Below are positions 13,730-24,389 of a stretch of DNA of 64,000 nt, piece after piece (position 1 is the first letter of the stretch; the number at the start of each line of letters is the position of its first letter). The DNA comes from Anthoceros angustus (Eukaryota > Plantae > Anthocerotophyta), in the NCBI GenBank assembly GCA_010909165.1, contig VJWM01000117.1:744001-808000 (forward strand). Direction: 5' to 3'. Position numbers and translations under genes: made by a program. The notes under the pieces were generated by a model. The model saw nothing but the letters and a program-made list of their open reading frames with translations. It ran no database searches and was not told the origin of the DNA.

Positions 13730-14341
13730 CTACTTCTTGGACTTGGACTTTCCTTGAACGGCAACCTTCTTCCCTTTCCTGGTGCGAGCATTGCATTTTG
13801 TATGCTGACCTCGGCAGGGAAGGTTCATGATATGTCGCTTGCCCCTGTAGCACTGGATATCCTTCAACCTCTTGATAGCCATGGCGTTGAATCTTCTCTG
13901 TAATGACACGCAACAAGAACACGCACATGCACACGCACTTGCAGGAATGAGGAAACCCTAACCAGGCCACGCTGAGAGCTCGAAACAGAGACACGAGATG
14001 GTGCGAGTGAGTACCAGGTCTCCCTCAATCATGTACTTGGACACTTCCTCACGCAGCCGAGTGAGCTCCTCCTCGCTGAGTTCCCGAGTGTGCTTGTTCT
14101 CCAGGCCGGTGTCGAGCAGGATCTGGCGCGCTGTAGTCTGGGCCACGCCATGGATGTACTGCAGGGACACCTCGATGCGCTTAGCATTGGGAATCTCGAT
14201 CCCTCCCACACGGGCGCACCGGATGCTGAGGCGCGGGAAGGTCGCAGCGCAAGGTAGTGAAGGAGAGGAGCTGCGCGGCAGCGCCGTGCCGCGCATGGAA
14301 GAGCTCAGGACCGGCGCCGCTGCCATGGCCGCTGCCGCCAT
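13730..14341 (-). CDS. RPS13: Nuclear-encoded plastid-type 30S ribosomal protein S13, intron 13898-14014
   Basis: Ala/Ser-rich transit peptide, then [23 protein letters not shown]...KYMIEGDL|[22 protein letters not shown]...LPCRGQ. Confidence 0.93.
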
Positions 14342-14792
14342 CGCTCCCAAGCTCTTCGCCTTATCTGAATCCTCCTGTTAACGACTCGTCGTGTCACCAC
14401 ACTCCCGCTTCACAAACTTCAGGATGTCATAAACTGTACTTCCGGATTGATGAAGCACAATGTGTGCTTTATGTAGATGAGTGAGGAAAATACACAAAAT
14501 TACTCCGCTGTCTCACAATTGAGATCACAAGTTCTGATTGTGTACCAGATGACTTGCTGGGAGAAGGAGAATCAGAGTCCTGGCCTAACAATAGTATGTA
14601 GTCACAATGGCTAATTTTCCCTTGCCTGTCCACACCATCTTACACTTTCCAAAGATCATGAGTGCTGCTACCTACTCCTAGCTCTGACAACCTCCCCTTG
14701 TTTATCAACCAAGCAGCATCGGATCTGATTGCACTCACTACTTGTAGTTCTGAGGGAAGAAAGAAAGCTGTGGACAGGCATATGGAAATGAC

Positions 14793-17186
14793 TTAGAAAC
14801 CTGCCCAACCGGCAGGCTGAGTCTTGGGGCGCACCTGAAGGTTATCACTCCGCTTGTTTAGTGGATCCAGGTTCGGGAAACTGGAAGATGAATCAGCATT
14901 CGTCGAGCTGAAAGTAGACAGAGATCTTGGGCTGAAAGGTGCAGAAGATCTTGGGCTGAAGGGTGCAGAAGACCTTGGGCTGAAGGGTGCAGAAGATCTT
15001 GGGCTGAAGGTGGCAGGAGACTCCATGCTGACTTGTTGAGTAGCCCAGCTGGATCCTCCGGGATTGCCACCCATTCTCCGCCCCATGGTGCCATCTTGTC
15101 TTCTGTCAGTCGCGGGACTGCGATGGCCAAAGCGGTCGGAGGAGCTAAAAACATCGCGTTTGGAAATGCGATTCTCTCCTGCAGAGCTGGAAAACGGAGT
15201 TGGAAACGGAGGCTCCTCCCTCAAGCCGGCAGATGCTGCTTCATGTCGTCTCTCAAGCAGTGAGATCCGCTGACTACTAAATCGACCCGAACTGCTGCGG
15301 ACATCGCCCTTGACAACTCCATTGTCTCCTCCGGAGCTGGAATAGGGCTGGAACAGAGGACCCTCTCCTGGCCTCCCCACCATCGTCTCCAACCCAGCTG
15401 AATGACTTTGCATGTTTGCAGCTGCTGAGCTTCCGGACATCACACTCGGCCTACTTTCCCTAAAAACTGGACTGGTAAGTCCTTCCTGAAGCTCCCAAAT
15501 AGAACCCACAGCTCTTGGACTCTCAGCCTGACGTTTATCATGCTGATTCTTGACCCCCAACTGCTCTGGGCTGGCTGCTGCCTGTGGTGCGGCAGTTGCA
15601 GACTGTCGAAACATAGTTCTCCGAGAAGTGGCTCCCCTGGCTGACTTCACGTCGTGAGCAAGGGGAGGAGGATCTTGAGTGCTTAAGTATCTGCGGTCAC
15701 CAGCCTTGGAGTCATGGTTTGTGACCGATTGCCTCATCTCGGGAGAAGATTGCAGACTCCCACCATTTCCAGTGTCACCGGACAACTTTAATCTCCCAGC
15801 CAGATTTGCTGCTAACGAAGCATCCTGTGAAGCAGAGTATCTCTCAATTGGTGGAGAAGGGGCCATCCTAGGTGGAGTAGAAGTTGGCTTTCCGATGGGG
15901 CTGGAACCCGATAATGGACTACCTTGAACACCATGAGAGTTGACCCCAACTTGTGGACTCGCGAGCACACGTTGTTGAGAGTTAGCCACAGGCTGCGGAC
16001 TGACCTGCACTTTCAGCGGACTTCCATCTCCAGATGCTGCTGAAGCAACCCCCCCAGCAGTTTGAGCATACTGGGACGACCAAAAGCTACCACCAGTTGG
16101 CAAGGGGTATGCCACGGACCCCCCTGTCGACCCCACGGACTGCCTCGAGTCCACCGGAAGCGGTGGAGGCCTCCTAGAAGGCATGGGACCTGCATTCGTA
16201 GGTCCGCTCACAGGGGGTGCTTGACTTCCACTCTCTGGCAGCAGACTAGATCTGCTTGGTAGCTTGTCCGGATGAGCTTTCTGAAGCTCAGCCGGAAGAC
16301 TCTGATTCACCCGTCGCCACACCTGACCTATATCTGGCCTAGCACCTGGACTAAGCGCAAGCATGTCCTTAATAAGCCCCGTGACTGCATCGCTGTACAG
16401 CGGCAGCTCAGGGATTCTATAGTTCCCGTTCAGAATCTGCAACTTAGAGTCACCAGTGAATGCAGAAGTGAAATAAGCCATCCGGAATAACAGACATCCA
16501 AGAGCCCAGATATCCACCTTCTCACTGATAACCTCCCTCTGATACAGATCCCACATCTCAGGTGCCCTATACGCAGGAGTGGTATGCTTCCGAATCACAT
16601 CCTCCTCCACCCCCATCTCATCGGGCTTATCAAACCGCTTATGCTTAGTCGAAGTGCTCCCAAAATCACACAGCTTCCACACACCATCCCCCCCCTGCAG
16701 CATGTTCTCCGCCTTCAAATCCCTGTGCGCAACAGGCGGCACCTGGCAATGCATGGCGCACACAGCGTTACACACATCCCGGAACATGAGCAACAGCTGC
16801 TTCTCCTCAAAGTAGCCCGCACCCCGGCTATCAAGCACATCCACCAGGTTCCGCTCGCAGTGATCCATGACCAGAAAGCACTCCTTCGTCCTCCCCATGT
16901 CATACACAGCTTGCGCATGCAGCGTCACAATATTAGGATGCCACCGCAGCTGCTCCATCACCCGCACCTCCTTCCTCACCAGATCCACCATCTCCGAGTC
17001 CGCGCAAATGATATGCTTCAGCGCATAGCTCTTCCCGGTCACCACATCCTTCACCAGGTACACACTCGACAGCCCGCCCTTCCCGATGGCGTTCCGCACC
17101 TGCAGCTTCAGTTGCCCTACATCCACCACCTTCCCCTCCAGCGAACCCCCGTGGTCCGGGTGCAGAAACTGCTTGAGCCGCCACAT
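14793..17186 (-). CDS. NAK-family (AAK1/BIKE-like) Ser/Thr kinase with long S/P-rich tail, no introns in CDS
   Basis: MWRLKQF..., YALKHI, HPNIV, PPVAHRDLKAENML, WKLCDFGSTST, TTPAYRAPEMWDLY...EKVDIWALGCLL; ends QPAGWAGF. Confidence 0.9.
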   Translation of the reverse strand: MWRLKQFLHPDHGGSLEGKVVDVGQLKLQVRNAIGKGGLSSVYLVKDVVTGKSYALKHIICADSEMVDLVRKEVRVMEQLRWHPNIVTLHAQAVYDMGRTKECFLVMDHCERNLVDVLDSRGAGYFEEKQLLLMFRDVCNAVCAMHCQVPPVAHRDLKAENMLQGGDGVWKLCDFGSTSTKHKRFDKPDEMGVEEDVIRKHTTPAYRAPEMWDLYQREVISEKVDIWALGCLLFRMAYFTSAFTGDSKLQILNGNYRIPELPLYSDAVTGLIKDMLALSPGARPDIGQVWRRVNQSLPAELQKAHPDKLPSRSSLLPESGSQAPPVSGPTNAGPMPSRRPPPLPVDSRQSVGSTGGSVAYPLPTGGSFWSSQYAQTAGGVASAASGDGSPLKVQVSPQPVANSQQRVLASPQVGVNSHGVQGSPLSGSSPIGKPTSTPPRMAPSPPIERYSASQDASLAANLAGRLKLSGDTGNGGSLQSSPEMRQSVTNHDSKAGDRRYLSTQDPPPLAHDVKSARGATSRRTMFRQSATAAPQAAASPEQLGVKNQHDKRQAESPRAVGSIWELQEGLTSPVFRESRPSVMSGSSAAANMQSHSAGLETMVGRPGEGPLFQPYSSSGGDNGVVKGDVRSSSGRFSSQRISLLERRHEAASAGLREEPPFPTPFSSSAGENRISKRDVFSSSDRFGHRSPATDRRQDGTMGRRMGGNPGGSSWATQQVSMESPATFSPRSSAPFSPRSSAPFSPRSSAPFSPRSLSTFSSTNADSSSSFPNLDPLNKRSDNLQVRPKTQPAGWAGF
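14926..15021. repeat. 24-bp tandem repeat x~4 within the kinase CDS (SSAPFSPR units)
   Basis: CTTGGGCTGAA(A/G)GGTGCAGAAGA(T/C) repeated. Confidence 0.9.
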
Positions 17187-18039
17187 GATCGCATGAGCCC
17201 GGCACCTCCACGCAGTGCTGAGGAGCACAGATCTGGACCAGATCTAGCTACCTCTGCCACACAGCGCGCCTCAGCAACCAGCAGGCATGTCCTCCCTTGC
17301 CACTGGTAGGGTATGAGGCAGACACCAGCACGTGTTCTGCCGCTGCAGAATACCGCACCCTGGTGCTCCGCAGCCGGCGCCTGTGACTCTGCTTGCCCCA
17401 CTGTTGCACTGCATGGCCCGGTTTCAGTTAGATCCACAGGTCGCACACCTCACACACTGCCTTCACCAGCACAAGCTCTCTCACAGTCCCAGCTCGCTCT
17501 TCGGCTCCGCTGCTAAAGCGCAATGCAATTTGCACAACCTCGGGGCATCGGAGCACGCAACTGTGGAATTGCTCACCATCGTTCGCTCGCACCCACGATC
17601 GGTTTCCGATTGCCCACGGGATCGCCTCCTCAACCACCTCTCCTGCGTAACGACGTTTAAGGAGCCACGCTCCTACCTTGCGCACACACTCGGGCCTTCT
17701 AATGGCTAGCCAATTGGTACGTAAACCCGTTTTTCACTTACCCTTCATTTTATCATTCATAAAGTACCAAATCGTGTAACAAAACTTAACATAGGATGCA
17801 CCTTACAACGTGAGGTGTACATAGGCTATAGGATGGACCTTACATAGCATGTAGGGTCCATGGACTTTGTGACCTTCTTTGTTTGTGCCTTATATACTTC
17901 ACATATATGTTGGCTAGGACTAGGAATCAGCCTTTGAGTTATTGCTTACTCCTATTCAATTGTGTTGAAATCTATCTCTAACTTTCATTTAAGGTGATGG
18001 TTTGGTTAAACATTGATATTTCCATTGGCTGAGTGGCGG

Positions 18040-18485
18040 AAGGATGCGCAACCAGCAAGACTCACAAGTACTCTCCTATGCAAGACGGCCATGTTTTCAT
18101 CCCCTCGCCCTCGAGACTCATGGGGCTACGGGCAAGGACTTCTCTAGGTTAATTAAGGGGTTTGCAAAAGCCTATCACAGCCACAGGAATTGGAGGGGCC
18201 TCTCCCTTTCCTCCGTGGTCGCTTTCTTCGCCTGGTTTCCATAGCTCAGACATCGCCGGCTACCATGTTATAGGACTACCACGTAGGACTAGCGGCTTCT
18301 TCGGCACCGGTGGTAGGTAGGCCCTTCATCATCCCTGATCACGATATCTTTGGTGCAGTAGGTAGTTATGGGAAAGGCATTCGAGGGGACTAGGACTTCC
18401 CCTTTTACTATTAGCCCTTTTTGGGTTGTTCCTCCTCAGACTTCAAGGGTAGATGGGATTCCCCATCTCGCCTATTAATAACGTC
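18040..18485 (+). mobile_element. 3' fragment of an RLE-type (CRE-like) non-LTR retrotransposon
   Basis: Homologous to 55050-55520 and 60300-60740 (KYSPMQ..H.FIPLA.ET.G motif with frameshifts); ends in hairpin AGATGGG-ATTC-CCCATCT followed by AATAA. Confidence 0.65.
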
Positions 18486-18509
18486 TACTCTTCCATTTCC
18501 TCATATGTG

Positions 18510-20150
18510 ATGATAGTCTGGCTGGCTACCAATGCGTTGGCGTAGTCCAACAGTTACACAACATATCCTTCCAGCATCAGTTCAAAATTACGCGGGAAGA
18601 TAGGAGGGAGCGCGGATTCAAAACGGTTATGCGAGGGAAGCAATATTCGACATATAATTATTGGTCCATCAACGAAGGGCTCGAGTTCTTGAAACATATA
18701 CCTCCTGGTCCTATGTTTGCAGCACCATTGGTCCCACTTGAAGTGAGAAGCAAGAAAGCACATGCGGAAGGAAGGGACCCGGAGAGATCACTTGTGGTTG
18801 TACGAGCCAAGTTAGAGGAGAAATTAAAAGCTGTCTTGGGTGAAGAGGAACAGGCTTGGTGGGAATCGTTTTGGGAAGAACAGGTGGCAATTGTGGAGAC
18901 CATTAATTTGCGAGCCCAACAGGATTTGAAGACTCCATGGCAATTGTACAACCGTGAGGGAGCTGAGGTTCTGTTGCGTCTGATAACAGTTCCAGATGTA
19001 TAAGTTCTTCCTCATCCACTTTTAAGGGAAGTTCCTTGCCGAGACATGTATGTTAGCAAATCGGCCACACACTTCCTTTATCGTTCAATTTGTGATCGGT
19101 GGGTTAGGAGTATAAGCATTTTCCAACACTGCAATCAGTTTTGATAGAGTGAACGTCTATGCGTGCCTCAAGACTGTAGAAAATCGAGGAAGCATCCACT
19201 TGATTATGAGTGTGGCCAACCAGTAGGAAGCCCACCTTGATCTTGTCAAACACACAGAAAGCAACCAATATATTAAGATAAAAAAAAAAAGCAAAGCATT
19301 CTTATTCTCCCGAGCCGTGTTGTCTAACTGCAAGTACAGGATCTAAGGAGGCAAACCCTTGTACTTTAATACAACATGCTGAATGACGGCGATCGTGAGG
19401 TTGGCATCGTTCCGGATGTTTCCAAACTCGATGAACAACTTTGCTGACATTTGTGTAGTTGTAAGCAAGACACCCCATTACATGGAAATCTAGATGCGGA
19501 TCCGTGTCCGCATTGTTCTTCGGAAGATGCATAAAATGTGGAAGCTGTGTCTTCTATTGGTCCATCCCGTCTATTGAAAGTCCAATATACTTTGCTGGAT
19601 TGGCATAGCATTTGACGCTGAGTTTCGTGGAGGACACCATTCAGCCCTTCCTACTCCCCCGAGTTAAGTAGACATATTACAGAGTCCTCAATGTGCGGCC
19701 CAAGTGACTAAGGCAAGAAACACAACCTTAGACCATATGCAAATACGTAGAGACAAAGCTGTCTCTTTCTAGAACAAACGCACTCACTTTACTAGCTTAT
19801 TTGCTCCCTCAAAGAACCGACCAAGGGCTCTTGAGGATTCACTAACTACTCAATGGGAAGCATTCCGTTATCAATTAGCTTGTGGATAACCACCAACACA
19901 CAAACATCGAGCACCCGAATTTGGGCTTGAGAGGAAAAAAAACAGGGCCCTTAGGAATAGTCACACAGTCCACTTTTTGGAACAAAGCTTGCCGAATCTA
20001 CAAATGAAGATGTCGATTTTGAAATTTTTTTAGACTACCTGTGCTCAAGACCAACTTGCTCGGTTGAACATGCTGGCCCTTCTCATGAAGCACATGGCAG
20101 TTTTGTTTCAATTTCTCAAACTTGGAGTTGTTCATCAGAGGTGATATCGT
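18510..20150 (+). other. Decayed coding-like sequence of unknown family (possibly TE-derived); re-copied in part at 21067-22430 and 22916-23600
   Basis: Long stretches of open frame (e.g. 18629-19003, ...KAVLGEEEQAWWESFWEEQVAIVETINL...) broken by stops; the duplicated copies are directly visible. Confidence 0.4.
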
Positions 20151-20164
20151 TTATGAAATAGGCT

Positions 20165-20890
20165 GTGTTTCGGGTTAACAACTTTCCCTTCCCAAGCACA
20201 TCTATGGTGGAAGCGGAGCGGTGCCTGAAAGCTTTATCAGCACTCGACTCAAGCACAGGGTCTCTAACACCTATTGGCAAGCTATGGCAGTTTACCCTGT
20301 CAGTCCACGCCATGCGTGAATGCTGCGTGCAGCACTTGAATCAGCTCAGAGTCTAGAGCTTTTACAACCAAAATGTGCTTCAAGTTTGTTTCTTGGCCTG
20401 TGCAGTAGCCACCGTTGCTGCACTCAGCCTTGAAAATCCACTGTTGAAAGATATTAGCTCAGCATTTGATTCTACGGGCGATCCGTTGCATGGCACTGTG
20501 CTGGTAGGTCCAACAGAAATGGATCCTGAGGTCACAGCCAGCGAGGAACCGAACACATTAGCCCTAGAGAAGGCAGAGAGGAAGTTGCGGAGAAGAGCCA
20601 TCAATGTAGCTCATGCCAAGTTTTGATCGCGGTGATGCTCTCTGCACCATGTGACCACTGCATGCTTATGGGCATTTTGCGGAGAGTGAACTGTTTTGCA
20701 AAGTGAACTTTCTACGTGAAAGGACTATGCATGGGATGTTAAAGCTCAGGCAGCAACGTCTACGGCGAGTGATGCATTTCAGTCCAGAGGCAGGAGCAGG
20801 GCCAGAAGTTGTCAGCAGGCTAGCTGAGAGTGAAACAGCCTGGAGACAACCTCATCTAAAGGTGGATGCTCAACATGAGACACTCTTGCA
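20165..20890 (+). pseudogene. Fragment of a DEAH-box RNA helicase (DHX37/DEAH13-like, HA2 region), frameshifted
   Basis: Across frames reads NFPFP...VEAERCLKALSALDSSTGSLTPIGK(A)MAVYPVSPRHARML...AVATVAALSLENP...FLRERTMHGMLKLRQQ, resembling the HA2/C-terminal region of DHX37-type helicases. Confidence 0.7.
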
Positions 20891-20904
20891 GAAAGCTATC
20901 TGCA

Positions 20905-21075
20905 CGTGAGCACGTGAGCACTGGCTAGTTCCTCATTATTTTTCTCAGGGTCGTCCTTACAACTGCAAGAACCAGCTGCAAAACGATGCACACGGTACCC
21001 ATCCCTTACAACAATGTCTCTATGTTCAAGCCTTGACATGATCTCCGTGGAACTATGGCAGTCACTGCACATGCG
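20905..21075 (-). pseudogene. 3' fragment of the DYW:KP PPR gene (CSDCH...DGYRVHRF..GSCSC)
   Basis: Near-identical to 24345-24521; cut at the GCACATGCG junction. Confidence 0.85.
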
Positions 21076-22431
21076 GAAGGAAGGGACCGGAGAGATCACT
21101 TGTGGTTGGTTATGAGCCAAGTTAGAGGAGAAATTAAAAGTCTTTGGGTGAAGAGGAACAGCTTGGTGGGAATCGTTTTGGGAAGAACAGTGGCAATTGT
21201 GGAGACCATTAATTTGCGAGCCCAACAGATTTGAAGACTCCATGGCAATTGTACAACCGTGAGGGAGCCGAGGTTCCGATACAGCCGATGTATAAGTTCT
21301 TCCTCATCCACTTTTAAGGGAAGTTCCTTGCCGAGACATGTATGTTAGCAAATCGGCCACACACTTCCTTTATCGCTCAATTTGTGATCGGTGGGTTAGA
21401 GTATAAGCATTTTCCAACACCGCAATCGCTTTGATAGAGTGAACGCTATGCGTGCCTCAAGATCAGAAAATCGAGGAAGCATCCACTTGATTATGAGTGT
21501 GGCCAACCAAGAGGAAGCCCACCTTGATCTTGTCAAACACGTAAAGCAACCAATATATTAAGATAAAAAAGCAAAGCATTCTTATTCTCCCGAGCCGTGT
21601 TGTCTAACTGCAAGTACAGGATCTAAGGAGGCAAACCCTTGTACTTTAATACAACATGTGAATGACGGCGATCGTGAGGTTGGCATCGTTCGGATGTTTC
21701 CAAACTCGATGAACAACTTTGCTGACATTTGTGTAGTTGTAAGCAAGACACCCCATTACATGGAAATCTAGATGCGGATCCGTGTCCGCATTGTTCTTCG
21801 GAAGATGCATAAAATGTGGAAGCAGTGTCTATTGGTCCATCCGTCTATTGAAAGTCCAATATACTTTCTTTGGATTGGCATAGCATTTGACGCCGAGTTT
21901 CGTGGAGGACACCATTCAGCCTTCCTACTCCCCGAGTTAAGTAGACATATTACTGAGTCCTCAATGCGGCCCAAGTGACTAAGGCAAGAAACACAACCTT
22001 AGACCATATGCAAATACGTAGAGACAAAGCTGTCTCTTTCTAGAACAAACGCACTCACTTTACTAGCTTATTTGCTCCCTCAAAGAACCGACCAAGGGCT
22101 CTTGAGGATTCACTAACTACTCAATGGGAAGCATTCCGTTATCAATTAGCTTGTGGATAACCACCAACACACAAACATCGAGCACCTGAATTTGGGCTTG
22201 AGAGGAAAAAACAGGGCCCTTAGGAATAGTCACACAGTCCACTTTTGGAACAAAGCTTGCCGAATCTACAAATGAAGATGTCGATTTTGAAATTTTTTAG
22301 ACTACCTGTGCTCAAGACCAACTTGCTCGGTTGAACATGCTGGCCCTTCTCATGAAGCACATGGCAGTTTTGTTTCAATTTCTCAAACTTGGAGTTGTTC
22401 ATCAGAGGTGATATCGTTTATGAAATAGGCT

Positions 22432-22609
22432 GTGTTTCGGGTTAACAACTTTCCCTTCCCAAGCACATCTATGGTGGAAGCGGAGCGGTGCCTGAAAGCT
22501 TTATCAGCACTCGACTCAAGCACATCTATGGTGGAAGCGGAGCGGTGCCTGAAAGCTTTATCAGCACTCGACTCAAGCACAGGGTCTCTAACACCTATTG
22601 GCAAGCTAT
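22432..22609 (+). pseudogene. Shortened helicase-fragment copy with a 57-bp internal tandem duplication and a ~614-bp deletion
   Basis: TSMVEAERCLKALSALDSS occurs twice; the sequence jumps at AAGCTAT from the equivalent of 20279 to the equivalent of 20893. Confidence 0.85.
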
Positions 22610-22922
22610 CTGCACGTGAGCACGTGAGCACTGGCTAGTTCCTCATTATTTTTCTCAGGGTCGTCCTTACAACTGCAAGCACCAGCTGCAAATCGATGCA
22701 CACGGTACCCATCCCTGACAACAATGTCTCTCTGTTCAAGCTTTGACATGATCTCCGTGGAACTGTGGCAGTCACTGCACATGCGTAGATTTTTTGTTAC
22801 CACCAGAGGTGTCCCACTCGGCGTGTTCAAGAGACCAAACGCCAGAGCTAGCTTCTCAGCATGCCCACAAAGCGCATCTTCCTTTTCCTTCTCACACAGT
22901 GGCTTCAACACCAACTTTGTGT
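22610..22922 (-). pseudogene. Second 3' fragment of the DYW:KP PPR gene (EDALCGHAEKLALAFG...GSCSC)
   Basis: Near-identical to 24345-24658; cut at the TTTGTGT junction. Confidence 0.85.
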
Positions 22923-23609
22923 AGTTGTAAGCAAGACACCCCATTACATGGAAATCTAGATGCGGATCCGTGTCCGCATTGTTCTTCGGAAGATGCATAA
23001 AATGTGGAAGTCTTCTATTGGTCCATCCGTCTATTGAAAGTCCAATATACTTTTGGATTGGCATAGCATTTGTGAGTTTCGTGGAGGACACCATTCACCT
23101 TCCTACTCCCCGAGTTAAGTAGACATATTACTGAGTCCTCAATGCGGCCCAAGTGACTAAGGCAAGAAACACAACCTTAGACCATATGCAAATACGTAGA
23201 GACAAAGCTGTCTCTTTCTAGAACAAACGCACTCACTTTACTAGCTTATTTGCTCCCTCAAAGAACCGACCAAGGGCTCTTGAGGATTCACTAACTACTC
23301 AATGGGAAGCATTCCGTTATCAATTAGCTTGTGGATAACCACCAACACACAAACATCGAGCACCTGAATTTGGGCTTGAGAGGAAAAAAACAGGGCCCTT
23401 AGGAATAGTCACACAGTCCACTTTTGGAACAAAGCTTGCCGAATCTACAAATGAAGATGTCGATTTTGAAATTTTTTAGACTACCTGTGCTCAAGACCAA
23501 CTTGCTCGGTTGAACATGCTGGCCCTTCTCATGAAGCACATGGCAGTTTGTTTCAATTTCTCAAACTTGGAGTTGTTCATCAGAGGTGATATCGTTTATG
23601 AAATAGGCT

Positions 23610-24340
23610 GTGTTTCGGGTTAACAACTTTCCCTTCCCAAGCACATCTATGGTGGAAGCGGAGCGGTGCCTGAAAGCTTTATCAGCACTCGACTCAAGCA
23701 CAGGGTCTCTAACACCTATTGGCAAGCTATGGCAGTTTACCCTGTCAGTCCACGCCATGCGTGAATGCTGCGTGCAGCACTTGAATCAGCTCAGAGTCTA
23801 GAGCTTTTACAACCAAAATGTGCTTCAAGTTTGTTTCTTGGCCTGTGCAGTAGCCACCGTTGCTGCACTCAGCCTTGAAAATCCACTGTTGAAAGATATT
23901 AGCTCAGCATTTGATTCTACGGGCGATCCGTTGCATGGCACTGTGCTGGTAGGTCCAACAGAAATGGATCCTGAGGTCACAGCCAGCGAGGAACCGAACA
24001 CATTAGCCCTAGAGAAGGCAGAGAGGAAGTTGCGGAGAAGAGCCATCAATGTAGCTCATGCCAAGTTTTGATCGCGGTGATGCTCTCTGCACCATGTGAC
24101 CACTGCATGCTTATGGGCATTTTGCGGAGAGTGAACTGTTTTGCAAAGTGAACTTTCTACGTGAAAGGACTATGCATGGGATGTTAAAGCTCAGGCAGCA
24201 ACGTCTACGGCGAGTGATGCATTTCAGTCCAGAGGCAGGAGCAGGGCCAGAAGTTGTCAGCAGGCTAGCTGAGAGTGAAACAGCCTGGAGACAACCTCAT
24301 CTAAAGGTGGATGCTCAACATGAGACACTCTTGCAGAAAG
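23610..24340 (+). pseudogene. Second full copy of the DHX37-like helicase fragment
   Basis: Essentially identical to 20165-20890. Confidence 0.7.
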
Positions 24341-24389
24341 CTATCTGCACGTGAGCACGTGAGCACTGGCTAGTTCCTCATTATTTTTC

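Noticed and set aside
13730-14341. RPS13 as a mitochondrial replacement copy
   Set aside because: The sequence and transit peptide fit an ordinary plastid-type S13; nothing here shows retargeting.
20900-20925. Tandem G-boxes CACGTGAGCACGTG repeated three times in the window
   Set aside because: They lie in the 3' flank of the PPR gene, and the three occurrences are due only to the segmental duplications.
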